NCBI GenBank assembly: GCA_963847445.1
Contig: CAWJZV010000007.1
Span: 64,001-128,000 of the forward strand
Length of the DNA: 64,000 nt
Origin: an uncultured delta proteobacterium
GTDB lineage: Bacteria > Desulfobacterota > Binatia > UBA9968
Reading direction: 5' to 3'
Under the pieces are notes generated by a model. The model saw nothing but the letters and a program-made list of their open reading frames with translations. It did not search any database and was not told the DNA's origin. How positions within the stretch are numbered: position 1 is the stretch's first letter; each line of letters begins with the position of its first letter. Of this stretch, positions 21,053 through 34,454 are shown piece after piece. A program made the translations under genes and the position numbers.

Positions 21053-21654
21053 CCGCGTTGCTCCTGTTTGGTCGACGGATTAACGCCAGGCGCAGCCGCC
21101 GCGGCCGCAGGTGGCAAATACGACACCGAAGCTCTGATCGCGAAACGCTTGTAAGGACCGGCGTCTTGGCTACTTTGAGCCGTCTCCACTAATTCGACAT
21201 CTCGGAAATAGGGATATTTTGCCAACGCCTTGAGAAAGTCCGCCACGGTTTGGTTATCCGCCGCGATACCGTTCATGGTGAGCCGACCGCCGATTTCTTT
21301 AAACTCGGTAAGCCAAAGTCGCGTCGGTGTCGCGTCGGACAAGCTTTGCATGACACCTACCGGACCGGCTTTTTTTCGGTTGAGATCGGTGATGACCTTG
21401 TGTTTGGCGGTGAACTCTTTGATTCGATTTTGTAAGTCGCCGACCTGCTTCACCTTGGTATTGAGTGCCTGGATTTCGTTACGCAGGGTCGCCAGCTCGG
21501 AATTGAGTGACGTGAGTTGATAATACTGATGGGCGAACAGAACCGCGATAATCAGTCCGGCGATCCCGAGCACGATACCGCCAATGGTCATCTCGCGCCG
21601 CCGGCGTATGGCTGCCAACAATTCTTTTACTGGAAGTAAATTGACGCGGATCAT
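21049..21654 (-). CDS. pilN: Type IV pilus assembly protein PilN
   Basis: MIRVNLLP motif, TM helix, coiled coil. Confidence 0.95.
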   Translation of the reverse strand: MIRVNLLPVKELLAAIRRRREMTIGGIVLGIAGLIIAVLFAHQYYQLTSLNSELATLRNEIQALNTKVKQVGDLQNRIKEFTAKHKVITDLNRKKAGPVGVMQSLSDATPTRLWLTEFKEIGGRLTMNGIAADNQTVADFLKALAKYPYFRDVELVETAQSSQDAGPYKRFAIRASVSYLPPAAAAAAPGVNPSTKQEQRG

Positions 21655-22752
21655 TTGTCTCCTGGCCTGCGGATCGACAGCCCTGTCGCGACCGCATATA
21701 CCGGCGCATTCTCAGCCAGATAATTCCGGTCTATCTTTCTGCCGACATTGAAAACCTTAAACGGTTCACTGAGCTTCACCGGAACGCTCATACGCTCTTC
21801 CAGCATCGCGCGCAGGCCGGTTAGCCGCGCCCCGCCACCGCTTAGATAAATTGCCTTCAGCCCGTCGTTATCGTCAGATGGCACGGCACCATACAGACTT
21901 ACCGTCCGGCGAATCTCTTCGGCCAACTCCTCTGAAATGGGATGTAACGCGGACTCAAGGTCTACACCCACAGCCTTTTCCGAAACTCCAGTGATCTTGA
22001 AGCTCTCGGCTTGTTCGCGTGATAGATTTAAATGCTGTGAAAGTCTGTCGGTAAAATAGCCACCTCCGGTGGATAGATCGCCGGTAAATGTCGATACGCC
22101 ATTTTGCAGCAGCGATATGCTGGTATTCTCCGCGCCAATATGAATCAAACCGGTCACGCCCTTAATGCCGTCGGCTTCATAGTTAGCTTCAAACATGTTT
22201 TCCAGCGCGAAATAATCGACGTCCATCAGAGTAGGGGTCAGGCCAGCTTCCGAGATCGCATCGGTGTAGCTATTGACGATTTCTTTCTTGACTGCCACCA
22301 GAAGGATTTCCATCCGGTTGCCATCCTCCGTTTGGCTTAACACCTGGTAATCTAGATTGACATTCTCGATGTTCTCCGGAATCACATTCTGCGCTTCAAA
22401 TTCAATGTTATTTTCCAACTCGGCCGACTCTTGTTTCGGCATCTGGAATTTTTTCATGATGACAGCGCGACCCGGCACCGCGGAGATGACCTGTTTCGAC
22501 GTCACGCCGCTTTGTTGAATCAGGCGCTTGATGGCATCGACGATCGGCCCAGGTTCGACGATCATATTATTTTTGATCGCGTTGCTTGGCAGCGGCACAA
22601 CACCTAGATTCAAAAGATGATAACCATTCTTGTCGATTGCGGTTTCGACCATCTTTATCGAGGTCGAGCCGATGTCGAGGGCAACATATCCGCTACCCCC
22701 AGCCCAGGGAGCCGAGAACGCCGAATTTAAGTTTGTTCCAGAGTGGCGTCAT
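21651..22752 (-). CDS. pilM: Type IV pilus assembly protein PilM (frameshift near 22697)
   Basis: VALDIGSTSIKMVE upstream in frame with ORF 21651-22652; actin-like motifs IHIGA and YLSGGGA. Confidence 0.95.
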
Positions 22753-22757
22753 TAAAA

Positions 22758-22958
22758 TTATTGCTTGAAGAGTGAATTTTTTTGCTCGATCGACAATCCC
22801 AAAGCCAACAGGATCTTGCGTTTGGTGGCCATGCGGCAGTCCTTGCCTTTTTCAATGCGATCGAGAGTCAACGGCGATATACCCGCCAAACGAGCGAGTT
22901 CAGCCTTGCTCAACATCTTCGCTTCGCGAACCTTTTTGACGTTATTACTGTGAGCCAT
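22758..22958 (-). CDS. Small XRE/Cro helix-turn-helix protein
   Basis: NNVKKVREAKMLSKAELARLAGISPLTLDRIEKG; 5 nt upstream of pilM. Confidence 0.9.
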   Translation of the reverse strand: MAHSNNVKKVREAKMLSKAELARLAGISPLTLDRIEKGKDCRMATKRKILLALGLSIEQKNSLFKQ

Positions 22959-23278
22959 CGCTAGAGGCCGTTTGATAGAGGATGGAAACTATTGGCAAGA
23001 GTGAGCATTACGCAACCAAAGGGACCCCTTAAGTCAACTAAAATTATATCTAAATTATGTATAGTTATAGAACTTCTATGCTGCTTTCATAAGCAAACCG
23101 ACTGCCAAGGGACTCCCCAGCAGCGCCGTGGCACCTTAGGGATAGTTAAGGCAGTTTCATGCCATTTTACCCACCCCAACTGGGTTACTGCTAAGCGACG
23201 AGTTCGCACGATCATGAGGTTCTTGGACAATTTTGCGCAAAGTTGCATTTGCCGGGAGGCGCCGGTAAGAAACTACCC

Positions 23279-25561
23279 ATGCACGAGGCGCAGAAGTTCG
23301 CTTGGGTCGTCGTGCCGTCATCCCACAGAGAGCCGCTGATCTATCGCCTGCCCGGCGCGCTGCTAGCCAATCTTGCGCCCGGCACGCGCGTGCTAGTGCC
23401 GCTGCAGAAACGCCAAGTGACCGGAGTGGTGCTGAGCATCGTCGATGAATCGCCACATAGTATGGTCAAAGACGTGAGCGAGATTCTCGACGACCAGCCG
23501 ATTATCGATGCCGATCTGCTAAAACTGGCACAGTGGATTTCGCAGTACTATCTCGCCCCGTTGGGCGACGTGGTTGCAACAATTCTACCGCCCAATTCGC
23601 GCCGCGACAGTCAACGGTTGGTAATCTTGCAGCAACGCGATGCGATCCCAGAGGACGAGTTGGAAAGCGAGGTATTGCAGGAACTCAGCAAACGTAGAGG
23701 CAAAGTTAGCCTTAAGACGTTAATTGGGCTGTTCTCAGGTCGGCGCATTGACCGGGCCCTGGCAAAACTGGAGATCCGTGGGGTGGTAAGCCAGGCTGAG
23801 CACTTGGCCAAAATCCGGCGCCGTAAAGTTCCCCTGCTTTTGACACCGGTCTCCGACATCGATGCGCCGGTGACGCTTAAACTAAATTCGCAACAAGCGC
23901 TTGCCATGGACACCGTCGCGGCGGCAATCGATCAGGGTGGTTTTGAAACCTTTTTGCTCCATGGCATCACCGGCAGCGGCAAGACCGAAGTGTATCTACG
24001 CGCCATGGGATACGCACGCGAACGCGGCCGGCGCAGTATAATTCTAATTCCAGAAATTTCCCTGACGCCACAACTTTTGGACCAAATGCACCGTTATTTC
24101 CCGGGAAAAGTCGGCGTGCTGCATAGTGCGCTCACCGGCGCCGAGCGTTGGGCCCAATGGTGGCGGATTCTGCGCGGCGAGGTCGATGTTGTCGTCGGCG
24201 CGCGCTCGGCGGTCTTCGCGCCGCTGGCGAATCTCGGCCTGATCATCGTCGATGAAGAACATGACTCGTCGTACAAACAAGAAGAAGGTCTGCGTTACAA
24301 CGGCCGCGATGTCGCGGTGGTGCGCGGCAAACAGTTGGGCTGTCCGGTAGTCTTGGGTTCCGCTACTCCGGCCCTGGAAAGCTACGAGAATTGCCGCCAG
24401 GGGCGTTATAAGCTGGTCGAACTGACCCAACGAGTGGAGCAGCGTCCGTTGCCAGCGGTGGAAACCATCGATATGCGCTACCAGTTCGTCAAACCGGCTG
24501 CACCAGAGAAGCCTTCCGAGGCGTTACAGAAGAATGCTAAAAAGATGGTCAAGCCGCGCTTGATGGCCGAAAGCTTTATCGCAGCGATCAAGCAAAACCT
24601 TCTCGACAAGCGCCAGACTCTGATATTTCTCAATCGCCGCGGCTTCGCCAATTTCTTGCAGTGCGGCTTATGCGGCCATGTCTGGCACTGTCCGCATTGC
24701 AGCGTGACACTAACGCTGCATCTGCGGCGTAAACTGCTGGCTTGCCACCACTGCGACTATCGCCGCGCCATGAGCGACGTTTGTCCGGAGTGTAAAAATC
24801 CAAGCCTGGCCCCAGTGGGGACCGGTACGGAGCAGGTTGAAGAGGCACTCCGCGAACTGCTGCCCGAGGCCAGAGTGGCGAGAATGGACCGCGACACCAC
24901 CAGCAAGCGAGGCTCTCAAGAGGCATTGATCAGGCGCTGGGAGCGCGGTGACATCGACATCTTGGTCGGCACCCAGATGATCACCAAAGGCCACGATGTC
25001 GCCGGCGTGACACTAGTCGGCGCTCTCTCCGCGGACCTGTCGTTGAACTTACCCGACTTCCGCGCCGCCGAGCGGACTTTTCAACTGCTCAGCCAAGTCG
25101 CCGGGCGCGCCGGACGGGGCAACGATCCGGGCCGCATGGTGATTCAAACTTACTCCCCCGATCATTATGCGATTCAGCACCTGCCGAACCATGATTATAA
25201 GGGTTTCTTCGCCGTCGAGAGCGAATTCCGCCAGGCGCTTAACTATCCGCCCTTCGCCAAATTAATTAATTTACGCTTCGACGGTCCCAAGGCTGAAGAA
25301 GTTGAGAGGCGCGCGAAATCCGTAGCTGCACAGTTACGCCGACTCCAAGTCCGCGAGCCAAAGTTTAACGCCGGCATCGAAGTGCTCGGCCCCGCGGCCG
25401 CGCCCATCGAAAAACTGCGCAATCGCTTTCGCTGGCAGCTCCTGCTCAAAGGGAAAAATAGCACCAGCCTGTTGGAATTTGCCAACCACGCCCGCAGGTT
25501 CTCTCCCGATGGCCGCGGCGGGCGCCTGCAGATTGATGTCGATCCTTACAGCATGTTATAA
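23279..25561 (+). CDS. priA: Primosomal protein N' helicase
   Basis: GITGSGKTEVY, DEEH, four CxxC zinc motifs, DVDP C-terminus. Confidence 0.98.
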   Translation: MHEAQKFAWVVVPSSHREPLIYRLPGALLANLAPGTRVLVPLQKRQVTGVVLSIVDESPHSMVKDVSEILDDQPIIDADLLKLAQWISQYYLAPLGDVVATILPPNSRRDSQRLVILQQRDAIPEDELESEVLQELSKRRGKVSLKTLIGLFSGRRIDRALAKLEIRGVVSQAEHLAKIRRRKVPLLLTPVSDIDAPVTLKLNSQQALAMDTVAAAIDQGGFETFLLHGITGSGKTEVYLRAMGYARERGRRSIILIPEISLTPQLLDQMHRYFPGKVGVLHSALTGAERWAQWWRILRGEVDVVVGARSAVFAPLANLGLIIVDEEHDSSYKQEEGLRYNGRDVAVVRGKQLGCPVVLGSATPALESYENCRQGRYKLVELTQRVEQRPLPAVETIDMRYQFVKPAAPEKPSEALQKNAKKMVKPRLMAESFIAAIKQNLLDKRQTLIFLNRRGFANFLQCGLCGHVWHCPHCSVTLTLHLRRKLLACHHCDYRRAMSDVCPECKNPSLAPVGTGTEQVEEALRELLPEARVARMDRDTTSKRGSQEALIRRWERGDIDILVGTQMITKGHDVAGVTLVGALSADLSLNLPDFRAAERTFQLLSQVAGRAGRGNDPGRMVIQTYSPDHYAIQHLPNHDYKGFFAVESEFRQALNYPPFAKLINLRFDGPKAEEVERRAKSVAAQLRRLQVREPKFNAGIEVLGPAAAPIEKLRNRFRWQLLLKGKNSTSLLEFANHARRFSPDGRGGRLQIDVDPYSML

Positions 25562-25574
25562 AATTCAGTAAGTT

Positions 25575-26117
25575 ATGGCTATTTTAAAAATTCTTAAATA
25601 CCCGGAGCCGGCACTTAAAAAGGTCGCGTCACCGGTGCGCGAATTCGGCGCGAAAACCGTCCAGCTGGTCAACGACATGCTCGAGACTATGTATGCCGCG
25701 CCGGGTGTCGGCCTCGCCGCGCCGCAGGTCGGCGTATCTCAGCGTGTAGTGGTTCTCGACACCGATCACGAGAATCCCGGCAAGCAGGTTTATAAGCTCA
25801 TCAATCCAGTGATAACCCACGCGGAGGGTTCAGTGATCTGGGAAGAGGGTTGTCTCAGTGTCGTCGACTTCACCGCCGAGGTGAAGCGCGCGGCGCAAGT
25901 GCAAGTCAGCGCTTTCAATGAGCAGCAAAAAGAGATCAAGATCGAAGCTGAAGGTTTGCTGGCAGTGGCCTTGCAGCATGAGATCGATCACCTCGATGGC
26001 AAACTATTCATCGACCGGATCAGCCGGTTAAAGCGTGAGCTCTATACCCGCAAGCGTATCAAGAGTCTGCGCAGCGGCGTCGAGCCGGCACACGAATCAG
26101 CGCACATCATGATCTAA
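25575..26117 (+). CDS. def: Peptide deformylase
   Basis: GVGLAAPQ, EGCLS, QHEIDHL. Confidence 0.98.
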   Translation: MAILKILKYPEPALKKVASPVREFGAKTVQLVNDMLETMYAAPGVGLAAPQVGVSQRVVVLDTDHENPGKQVYKLINPVITHAEGSVIWEEGCLSVVDFTAEVKRAAQVQVSAFNEQQKEIKIEAEGLLAVALQHEIDHLDGKLFIDRISRLKRELYTRKRIKSLRSGVEPAHESAHIMI

Positions 26118-26172
26118 TCGCGTCCGTCAAGTTTCTAAAATATCAGCCGCATCGTTTCGTCGAGTCTTTTTC

Positions 26173-27115
26173 ATGGCAGCACCCTGGCGCATCATCTTTA
26201 TGGGCACGCCGCAAATCGCCGCGGCGACTTTGGCGCAACTCCTCACCGGCCCAGATACCATCGTCGGCGTGGTCACCCAGCCGGATAGCAGCGCCGGGCG
26301 CGGCCAGAAAAGTTCCGCCTCGCCGGTACGAAAATTGGCCGAGTCACATGCCATCCCGGTTCTTGCCGCGGAAAAAATTCGCACCCCGGAATTTCTTCAA
26401 TCGCTGCGCAATTGGCTGCCCGACATCATTGTGGTGGTTGCCTACGGCCGTATCTTGCCGAAATCGATTCTCGAGCTGGCTCCCCACGGCTGCGTCAACG
26501 TACATTACTCGCTCCTGCCGAAATACCGCGGCGCCGCGCCGGCCGCCTGGACGATTATCAACGGCGAAGCGGAAGCCGGCGTCAGCACCATGAAGCTAGT
26601 GGAAAAAATGGATGCCGGGGCGATCTATTTGCAAGAGGCTATCAGGCTCAGCGGTGAGGAAACCACCGGATCGCTACAAACCGAGCTAACACCCATCGGC
26701 GCCCGGCTGCTGCTGGATACTTTGCGCCGGCTCAAAGACAGGAACGCTCAGCGCAACCGAACAAGATGAAAGCCTGGCGACCCTTGCGCCAATCTTAAAG
26801 AAAGAAAACGGCCTCATCGACTGGCAACGCCCGGCGATAGAAATCGAGCGGCGGATTCGCGGCTTCGACCCTTGGCCGGGAAGTTTCACGCATTTCGCCG
26901 GCAAAATGCTGAAGGTTCATCGCGCCAGCATTGTCAGCACCGAGCGGCGCGGCGCCCCTGGCGAAATCATCCGCGCCGATGGCGCCGGATTTTGGCTCGC
27001 GACCGCGTCGGGGGTCTTGAGCCTGGAAGAAGTGCAGCAAGAAAACAAGAGACGGCTGGCGGGCGTCGAGTTTATCAAGGGCGCGAGGATTAAACCCGGT
27101 GACCGCCTTGGATGA
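26173..27115 (+). CDS. fmt: Methionyl-tRNA formyltransferase (frameshifted)
   Basis: IIFMGTP, VVTQPD, NVHYSLLPKYRGAAP. Confidence 0.96.
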
Positions 27116-28465
27116 CGGTAAGAACGTCCGCCAAATCGCCGGCGAGATCCTGCACAAAGTCGAGATTCAGACGGCCTACGCCGACCTACTGCTCGATCAC
27201 CATTTGCGCAGCGATGATCTTAAAGACGCCGACCGCGGGCTTTTGACAGAGTTGACCTACGGGACGCTGCGCTGGCGCGGCAGGATCGACTCCAAGCTTG
27301 TACCGTTGCTTAACCGGTCGCTCTCCGATACCGATCCGTTTATTCGCAATTTACTCCGGGTCACCCTCTATCAATTGCTCTTTCTCGACAAGATTCCTGC
27401 CTATGCCGCGGTCAACGAAGCCGTCGAGATCGCCAAAGCTACACAGCCCAAAAGCGCCGGTTTCGTCAACGGCGTCCTGCGCAGTTTTCTCAGGCAATTG
27501 GCGAAGAGGGCAAGGGGAGGGAGATCAAGAGTTCAGCTGCGAACCTAGCCGATGAGTATTCGCATCCCCAATGGTTGGTGGATCGCTGGCTCGAATACTT
27601 TGGCGATGAGCAAGCGAAAGCATTAATGCTCGCGAGCAATCAAAGAACGCCGCTGGTGGTACGGGTCAACTCACGGTAAGACAGCCGCGAGAATTACTCG
27701 CAACGCTGGCAGCGAACAGCACATCGTCGCCGAACCCACCGCCGTCTCGCCGCAAGCCATTCGGTTGCCCATTGGCGCGAGCATCGAGACTTTACCGGGC
27801 TTTACCGAAGGACTACTTTCAAGTCCAAAGCGAAGCCGTCGCAACTGGTATCATACCTGGTCGGCCCGGCGTCCGGCAGACCTGATTCTTGACGCATGCG
27901 CCGCGCCAGGTGGCAAAGCAACCCATCTCGCCGAGTTGATCGGCGATCGAGGTAAAGTCGTGGCCATCGATACTTCGGCCCGCGGCGTTGCGAGAATCGC
28001 TCAAAATGCCGAGCGCTTGGGGCTCGACTTCGATTCAAGCCATGTGCGCCGACGCGAGTAAAGCATTGCCGGCCAACCTTGCTGGTCCATACGATCGCAT
28101 CCTCGTCGACGCGCCATGCAGCGGTCTCGGCACTTTGCGCTCTCACCCCGAGATCAAATGGCAGCGCGACGATAGCGACATCGCCCGGCTCTGCGCGCTG
28201 CAAGCGCGGATTCTGCAATCCGTGGCGCAGCACTTGAAAACTGGCGGCGTTCTCGTCTATTCCACCTGTACGTTGACGGTCGACGAGAACGAGCAAGTCG
28301 TCGAGAATTTCCTGCGCGAAAATAGCCAGTTTGAGTTGACCGATGCGGCGCGCTATCTTCCCGAATCAGCGCGCCACATGGTGCGCGATAAATATTTTCA
28401 GGCACTGCCCCAGCGCGACGACACCGATGGTTTTTTTGCCGCGCGCATGAGAAAGGTTGACTTAG
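27099..28465 (+). CDS. rsmB: 16S rRNA m5C967 methyltransferase (frameshifted)
   Basis: NusB-like N-terminus (AVNEAVEIAK, GFVNGVLR), DACAAPGGKATH, DAPCSGLG, LVYSTCT, DGFF. Confidence 0.94.
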
Positions 28466-29126
28466 ATGCCAGCGATGAAAATCGCTCCGTCGATTTTGTC
28501 GGCGGATTTCAGCCGATTGAAAGACGAGATCCAGGCGGTGGAAGCGGCCGGCGCCGATTGGATTCATGTCGATGTTATGGACGGCCACTTCGTGCCCAAT
28601 ATCACCATCGGCCCGGTGGTGGTCGAGTGGGTGCGCAAGGTTACGACAATCACCGTCGATGTTCATCTCATGATCACCGACCCCGACAAGTACGCGCCGG
28701 AATTCATCAAAGCCGGCGCCGACTGGGTGTCGATCCATCCCGATACCTGCATCGATCCCAACACTACATTGAAAAAAATTCGCGAGCTCGGCGCCAAGCC
28801 ATCGATCGCGGTCAATCCAGATGTGCCGCTCGGCAATGTCGCCGGCTGCTTTGGCGATAGTCGATATGATTCTGATGATGACGGTCTTCCCAGGTTTCGG
28901 CGGCCAAGCGTTCATCGCCGACGTGCTGCCGAAAATCACCGAAGTTCGGAAGTTAATCGATGCCCGTAAACCAGGCGTGCTCATCGAGGTCGACGGTGGC
29001 ATTAAGACTGACAACATCGCCAGAGTGGTCCAAGCCGGTGGCGAGGTGATCGTTTCCGGCTCAGGAATCTTCAAAACGCCAAATTACACCGACACCATTC
29101 GCCAGATGCGCCAAGCCGTGGGCTAA
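28466..29126 (+). CDS. rpe: Ribulose-phosphate 3-epimerase (frameshifted)
   Basis: IAPSILSADF, IHVDVMDGHFVPN, PGFGGQ, IEVDGG. Confidence 0.97.
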
Positions 29127-29148
29127 CCCACACCCCCACCGCGCCGCC

Positions 29149-29241
29149 AATTCCAAATTTAAAATTCCAGATTCCAAACGCGTCCTTCCGACAATCTGTA
29201 ATATGGAATTTGTAATCTGCAATGCCTCGCTTCACGAGGCA
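29149..29241. repeat. Inverted array of 7-bp tandem repeats followed by a small hairpin
   Basis: AATTCCA AATTTAA AATTCCA GATTCCA ... TGTAATA TGGAATT TGTAATC TGCAAT; then TGCCTCG-N5-CGAGGCA. Confidence 0.7.
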
Positions 29242-29278
29242 GTTGTTTTCCCTCTGCGGTGTGTTAGTTTGTCCGGGT

Positions 29279-29355
29279 CGGGGCGTGGCTCAGCTTGGTA
29301 GAGCGCACGGTTCGGGTCCGTGAAGTCGGTGGTTCAAATCCACTCGCCCCGACCA
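29279..29355 (+). tRNA. tRNA-Pro(CGG)
   Basis: CGGGGCG acceptor stem, D-arm GCTCAGCTTGGTAGAGC, anticodon arm CACGG-TTCGGGT-CCGTG, T-loop GGTTCAAATCC, encoded CCA. Confidence 0.98.
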
Positions 29356-29541
29356 TTTTTCTTCTCTCTTCCACTCATTTTCATCAACCGTTTGACCCAC
29401 TTTAGACGCACCATCATTGGTTTCGGTGCCTCAGGGTTCGACAAAGTTGCGAACTTGGTCCTGAGGGAGCGCGCTTTTACCGTTTCCAGAAGTTTCTTCT
29501 GAGCAGGGAATTTCTTAGGATGATGGCGGGTTCTAAGGGTC

Positions 29542-30267
29542 CTACCAACCGAAGAGGTAGCTAAGCCGGACGTTAATTTGATGCATCCCCTGGAGATCAA
29601 CTTTGTTGATCACCGGGCCGAGACCACTACCTAAGCCGCCCACGGAGTGCTTTTCCGAACCAAGGCCTAAGTAATTGTATTCGGTTCCGAGAATGATGTT
29701 GGGTGTGACTCGGAATTCGATTCCTGGCCCCATGACGAATCCATGGTGGCGTTCGGAGCTCCTTCCGTCACCTTGTTCTATACCGACGGTATCGACCAAA
29801 CGTGTCTTGACGCTACCGGAGGCGTAACCAACTTTGAGATAAGTTAGCCATCTATCGGTCGCATAACCGGCTCGCAGAACGGTTGAGAACAGGTGATTGA
29901 TCCTTGTAGTATACTCATCGTCACCCGACCCGGTATTGCTTCTCGACCCATCGTGAAAATGGCCGGCGGAATAGGAAGGTTCGATACCGAAAACCAGCGA
30001 TCCAACTTGATAATTGAAACCTAGGTGGCCGCCGCCGAACACCCCACTTACCGGGTGTGAGGTAATGCGGGCTCCCTGATTATAGTCGACCACCGGCGAC
30101 GGCGCGCTGATGCTGGTCCAAATGGCCCGATCCCACCCGTAACCCAAATGACCACCGACGTAGAGGCCAGTCCAAGATGTGGGCTTGTCAGGTAGCGGCT
30201 CAGCAGCAAATGCCGGGCCCGTCAGAAAAACAACAACGGTAATGATTACAACGACGATTCGTACCAT
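29542..30267 (-). CDS. Outer-membrane beta-barrel protein, Omp25/RopB-like
   Basis: Signal peptide; SWTGLYVGGHLGYGW, GGHLGFNYQ, LRAGYATDRWLTY, terminal LSYLF beta-signal. Confidence 0.85.
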   Translation of the reverse strand: MVRIVVVIITVVVFLTGPAFAAEPLPDKPTSWTGLYVGGHLGYGWDRAIWTSISAPSPVVDYNQGARITSHPVSGVFGGGHLGFNYQVGSLVFGIEPSYSAGHFHDGSRSNTGSGDDEYTTRINHLFSTVLRAGYATDRWLTYLKVGYASGSVKTRLVDTVGIEQGDGRSSERHHGFVMGPGIEFRVTPNIILGTEYNYLGLGSEKHSVGGLGSGLGPVINKVDLQGMHQINVRLSYLFGW

Positions 30268-30532
30268 TATATTCTCCCAATGTTTATATAACTCAATTTT
30301 AGTAAAATTGACAGATTTAAAATCTTATATTGATTGAGAGATGAGCTCCGTAAGAAATGGAATTTTGTCAATAATACCCGCAACAATTTAGTGGATGCAT
30401 GTTGTCATGGGCGGCCCACGTGGAGTCGGCTTTAATTGAACCGTAGTGCAGTCCAAACCGCCACTAAATCAAGAAATTGGTGTTTTTGCCGAGGGAGAGG
30501 TGATCGCTCAGTGACGGAAAGGTAATGCGCTG

Positions 30533-31798
30533 CTAGACCGACAACTGCCGAATCGCATTGATCCGCTCAACCGCTGTTGGGTGGGAGTAGTGGTATGCGG
30601 AATACCAAGGGTGCGGCGTCAGGTTCGACAGATTCTTCACCGTCAAATTAATCAGCGCTTCTTCCATCGCCTTACCGTCGCGCAGGGTCTTTACGGCGAA
30701 TCCGTCGGCTTCATATTCATGCTTACGCGACAGGCGGTTCACGAATGGCGCCAAGTAAAAGGTAAAGGGACCGGCGACCAGCGAAAACAGCACCAGCGCG
30801 CCGTGGTTGGACGGCGCCAGACCGAAAGGGGCAAAAAATGGCGCGTAGTCGACGAGTAAACTGAGAATGTAGAGCCCGCCAAAGAGAAAAATCATCTGCA
30901 CCAATAGCATGCGACGGATATGTTTCATTTTGTAGTGGCCCATCTCGTGGGCCAACACGGCCAGTCCTTGAGCGGTCGACATCTGGTCGATTAGAGTGTC
31001 GAACAGGACGATGCGCTTCGCTTTACCGATGCCGGTAAAATACGCGTTGGAGTGGGCCGAGCGCCTGGAGCCGTCCATCGAGTAAATGCCGCTGGTCTTG
31101 AAACCGATCTGTTCCGCCAAGGCTAAAATGCGCTGGCGCAGTTCGCCCTCCTTGAGCGGCTCGAACTTGTTGAACCAGGGCGCAATGAAGGTCGGGAAAA
31201 TCACGATCATCAACAGTTGAAATGCCGAGATAAAGGCAAAAGCCCAAAGCCACCAAGCCCGCCCCATGATATCCATCAACCACAACACCACCAGCAAAAA
31301 GGGCACGCCGATTAGCAAACCTAAGACGAGTCCTTTGAGTTTGTCGCTCAGGTAAAGCCCGATGGTGGTTTTGTTGAAGCCAAACTTAGCTTCGATGCCA
31401 AAGGTCGAATAGAGCTCGGTCGGCAGCGCCGTTAGGCTGAGGATCGCGCCGACGGCGCAGCAGAAAATAATTCCTTGGCCATAGCCGCCGAACGAGAAAC
31501 TACTTGCCCAATGAGCCGACCACCGATCGACCATACCAAGTAAGCCGCTCAGCAGCACGATTAACAAAATGGCACTGCCGTAGATTTCAGACCAGCGCTG
31601 AAACCGGCCGTTGGACAGTGTGTACTCGACGGATTTTGCGTAATCCTGCAGGGCGATTTTGCCGTGGAAAGGTTCAGGAATCGCGTTTCTGGCGGAGCTG
31701 GCTTCAACATGGCGTAGGTTTAACTCATTGAGCCCAAACTCAATGGCGAAATGACTAGCAAAGAGCGCCAGAAAGAACGTGAGAATGGACTGGTCCAT
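30533..31798 (-). CDS. M48 family (Ste24-like) membrane zinc peptidase
   Basis: DGSRRSAHSNAYFTG, LAHEMGH, EYEAD, YSHPT. Confidence 0.95.
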   Translation of the reverse strand: MDQSILTFFLALFASHFAIEFGLNELNLRHVEASSARNAIPEPFHGKIALQDYAKSVEYTLSNGRFQRWSEIYGSAILLIVLLSGLLGMVDRWSAHWASSFSFGGYGQGIIFCCAVGAILSLTALPTELYSTFGIEAKFGFNKTTIGLYLSDKLKGLVLGLLIGVPFLLVVLWLMDIMGRAWWLWAFAFISAFQLLMIVIFPTFIAPWFNKFEPLKEGELRQRILALAEQIGFKTSGIYSMDGSRRSAHSNAYFTGIGKAKRIVLFDTLIDQMSTAQGLAVLAHEMGHYKMKHIRRMLLVQMIFLFGGLYILSLLVDYAPFFAPFGLAPSNHGALVLFSLVAGPFTFYLAPFVNRLSRKHEYEADGFAVKTLRDGKAMEEALINLTVKNLSNLTPHPWYSAYHYSHPTAVERINAIRQLSV

Positions 31799-31853
31799 GA
31801 AAAAGCCGGCGCACGAGTAAGCGAAAGCGCCCGGTCAGAAATCGCCGACCGGT

Positions 31854-34142
<2,289 letters not shown>

Positions 34143-34145
34143 TGT

Positions 34146-34454
34146 TTACGCCTCTTCCAATGTGCACTTCAGTGGATATTCATGCTGGCGCGCCAGGTTT
34201 TCGACCAGCGTGACTTTGGTTTCCGCGATCTCATAAGTATAGACGCCGGCGACGCCGATGCCTTTTTTGTGAACGTGGAGCATGATCTGCAGCGCTTCAG
34301 CCTGCTCCTTGTGAAAGACATACTGCAAAACCTGCACGACGAACTCCTTAGTAGTGTAATCGTCGTTATGCAGCAATACTTTATAAAGCGGTGGCCGTTT
34401 GACCTTTTTCTTGGTCTCGGTGACTACCTCGGATTCCGGTTCTCTGCGGCTCAT
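34146..34454 (-). CDS. clpS: ClpS adaptor
   Basis: PPLYKVLLHNDDYT, IMLHVHKKG, YPLKCTLE. Confidence 0.97.
   Translation of the reverse strand: MSRREPESEVVTETKKKVKRPPLYKVLLHNDDYTTKEFVVQVLQYVFHKEQAEALQIMLHVHKKGIGVAGVYTYEIAETKVTLVENLARQHEYPLKCTLEEA

Noticed and set aside
23150-23164. Minus-strand TGGCATGAAACTGC as a sigma54 promoter for HTH-pilM
   Set aside because: Spacing is GG-N9-GC, one base short; it would be valid only if the A-run lost a base in assembly.
29279-30530. Prophage or integrative element at tRNA-Pro
   Set aside because: No integrase and no duplicated tRNA 3' end seen in the window.
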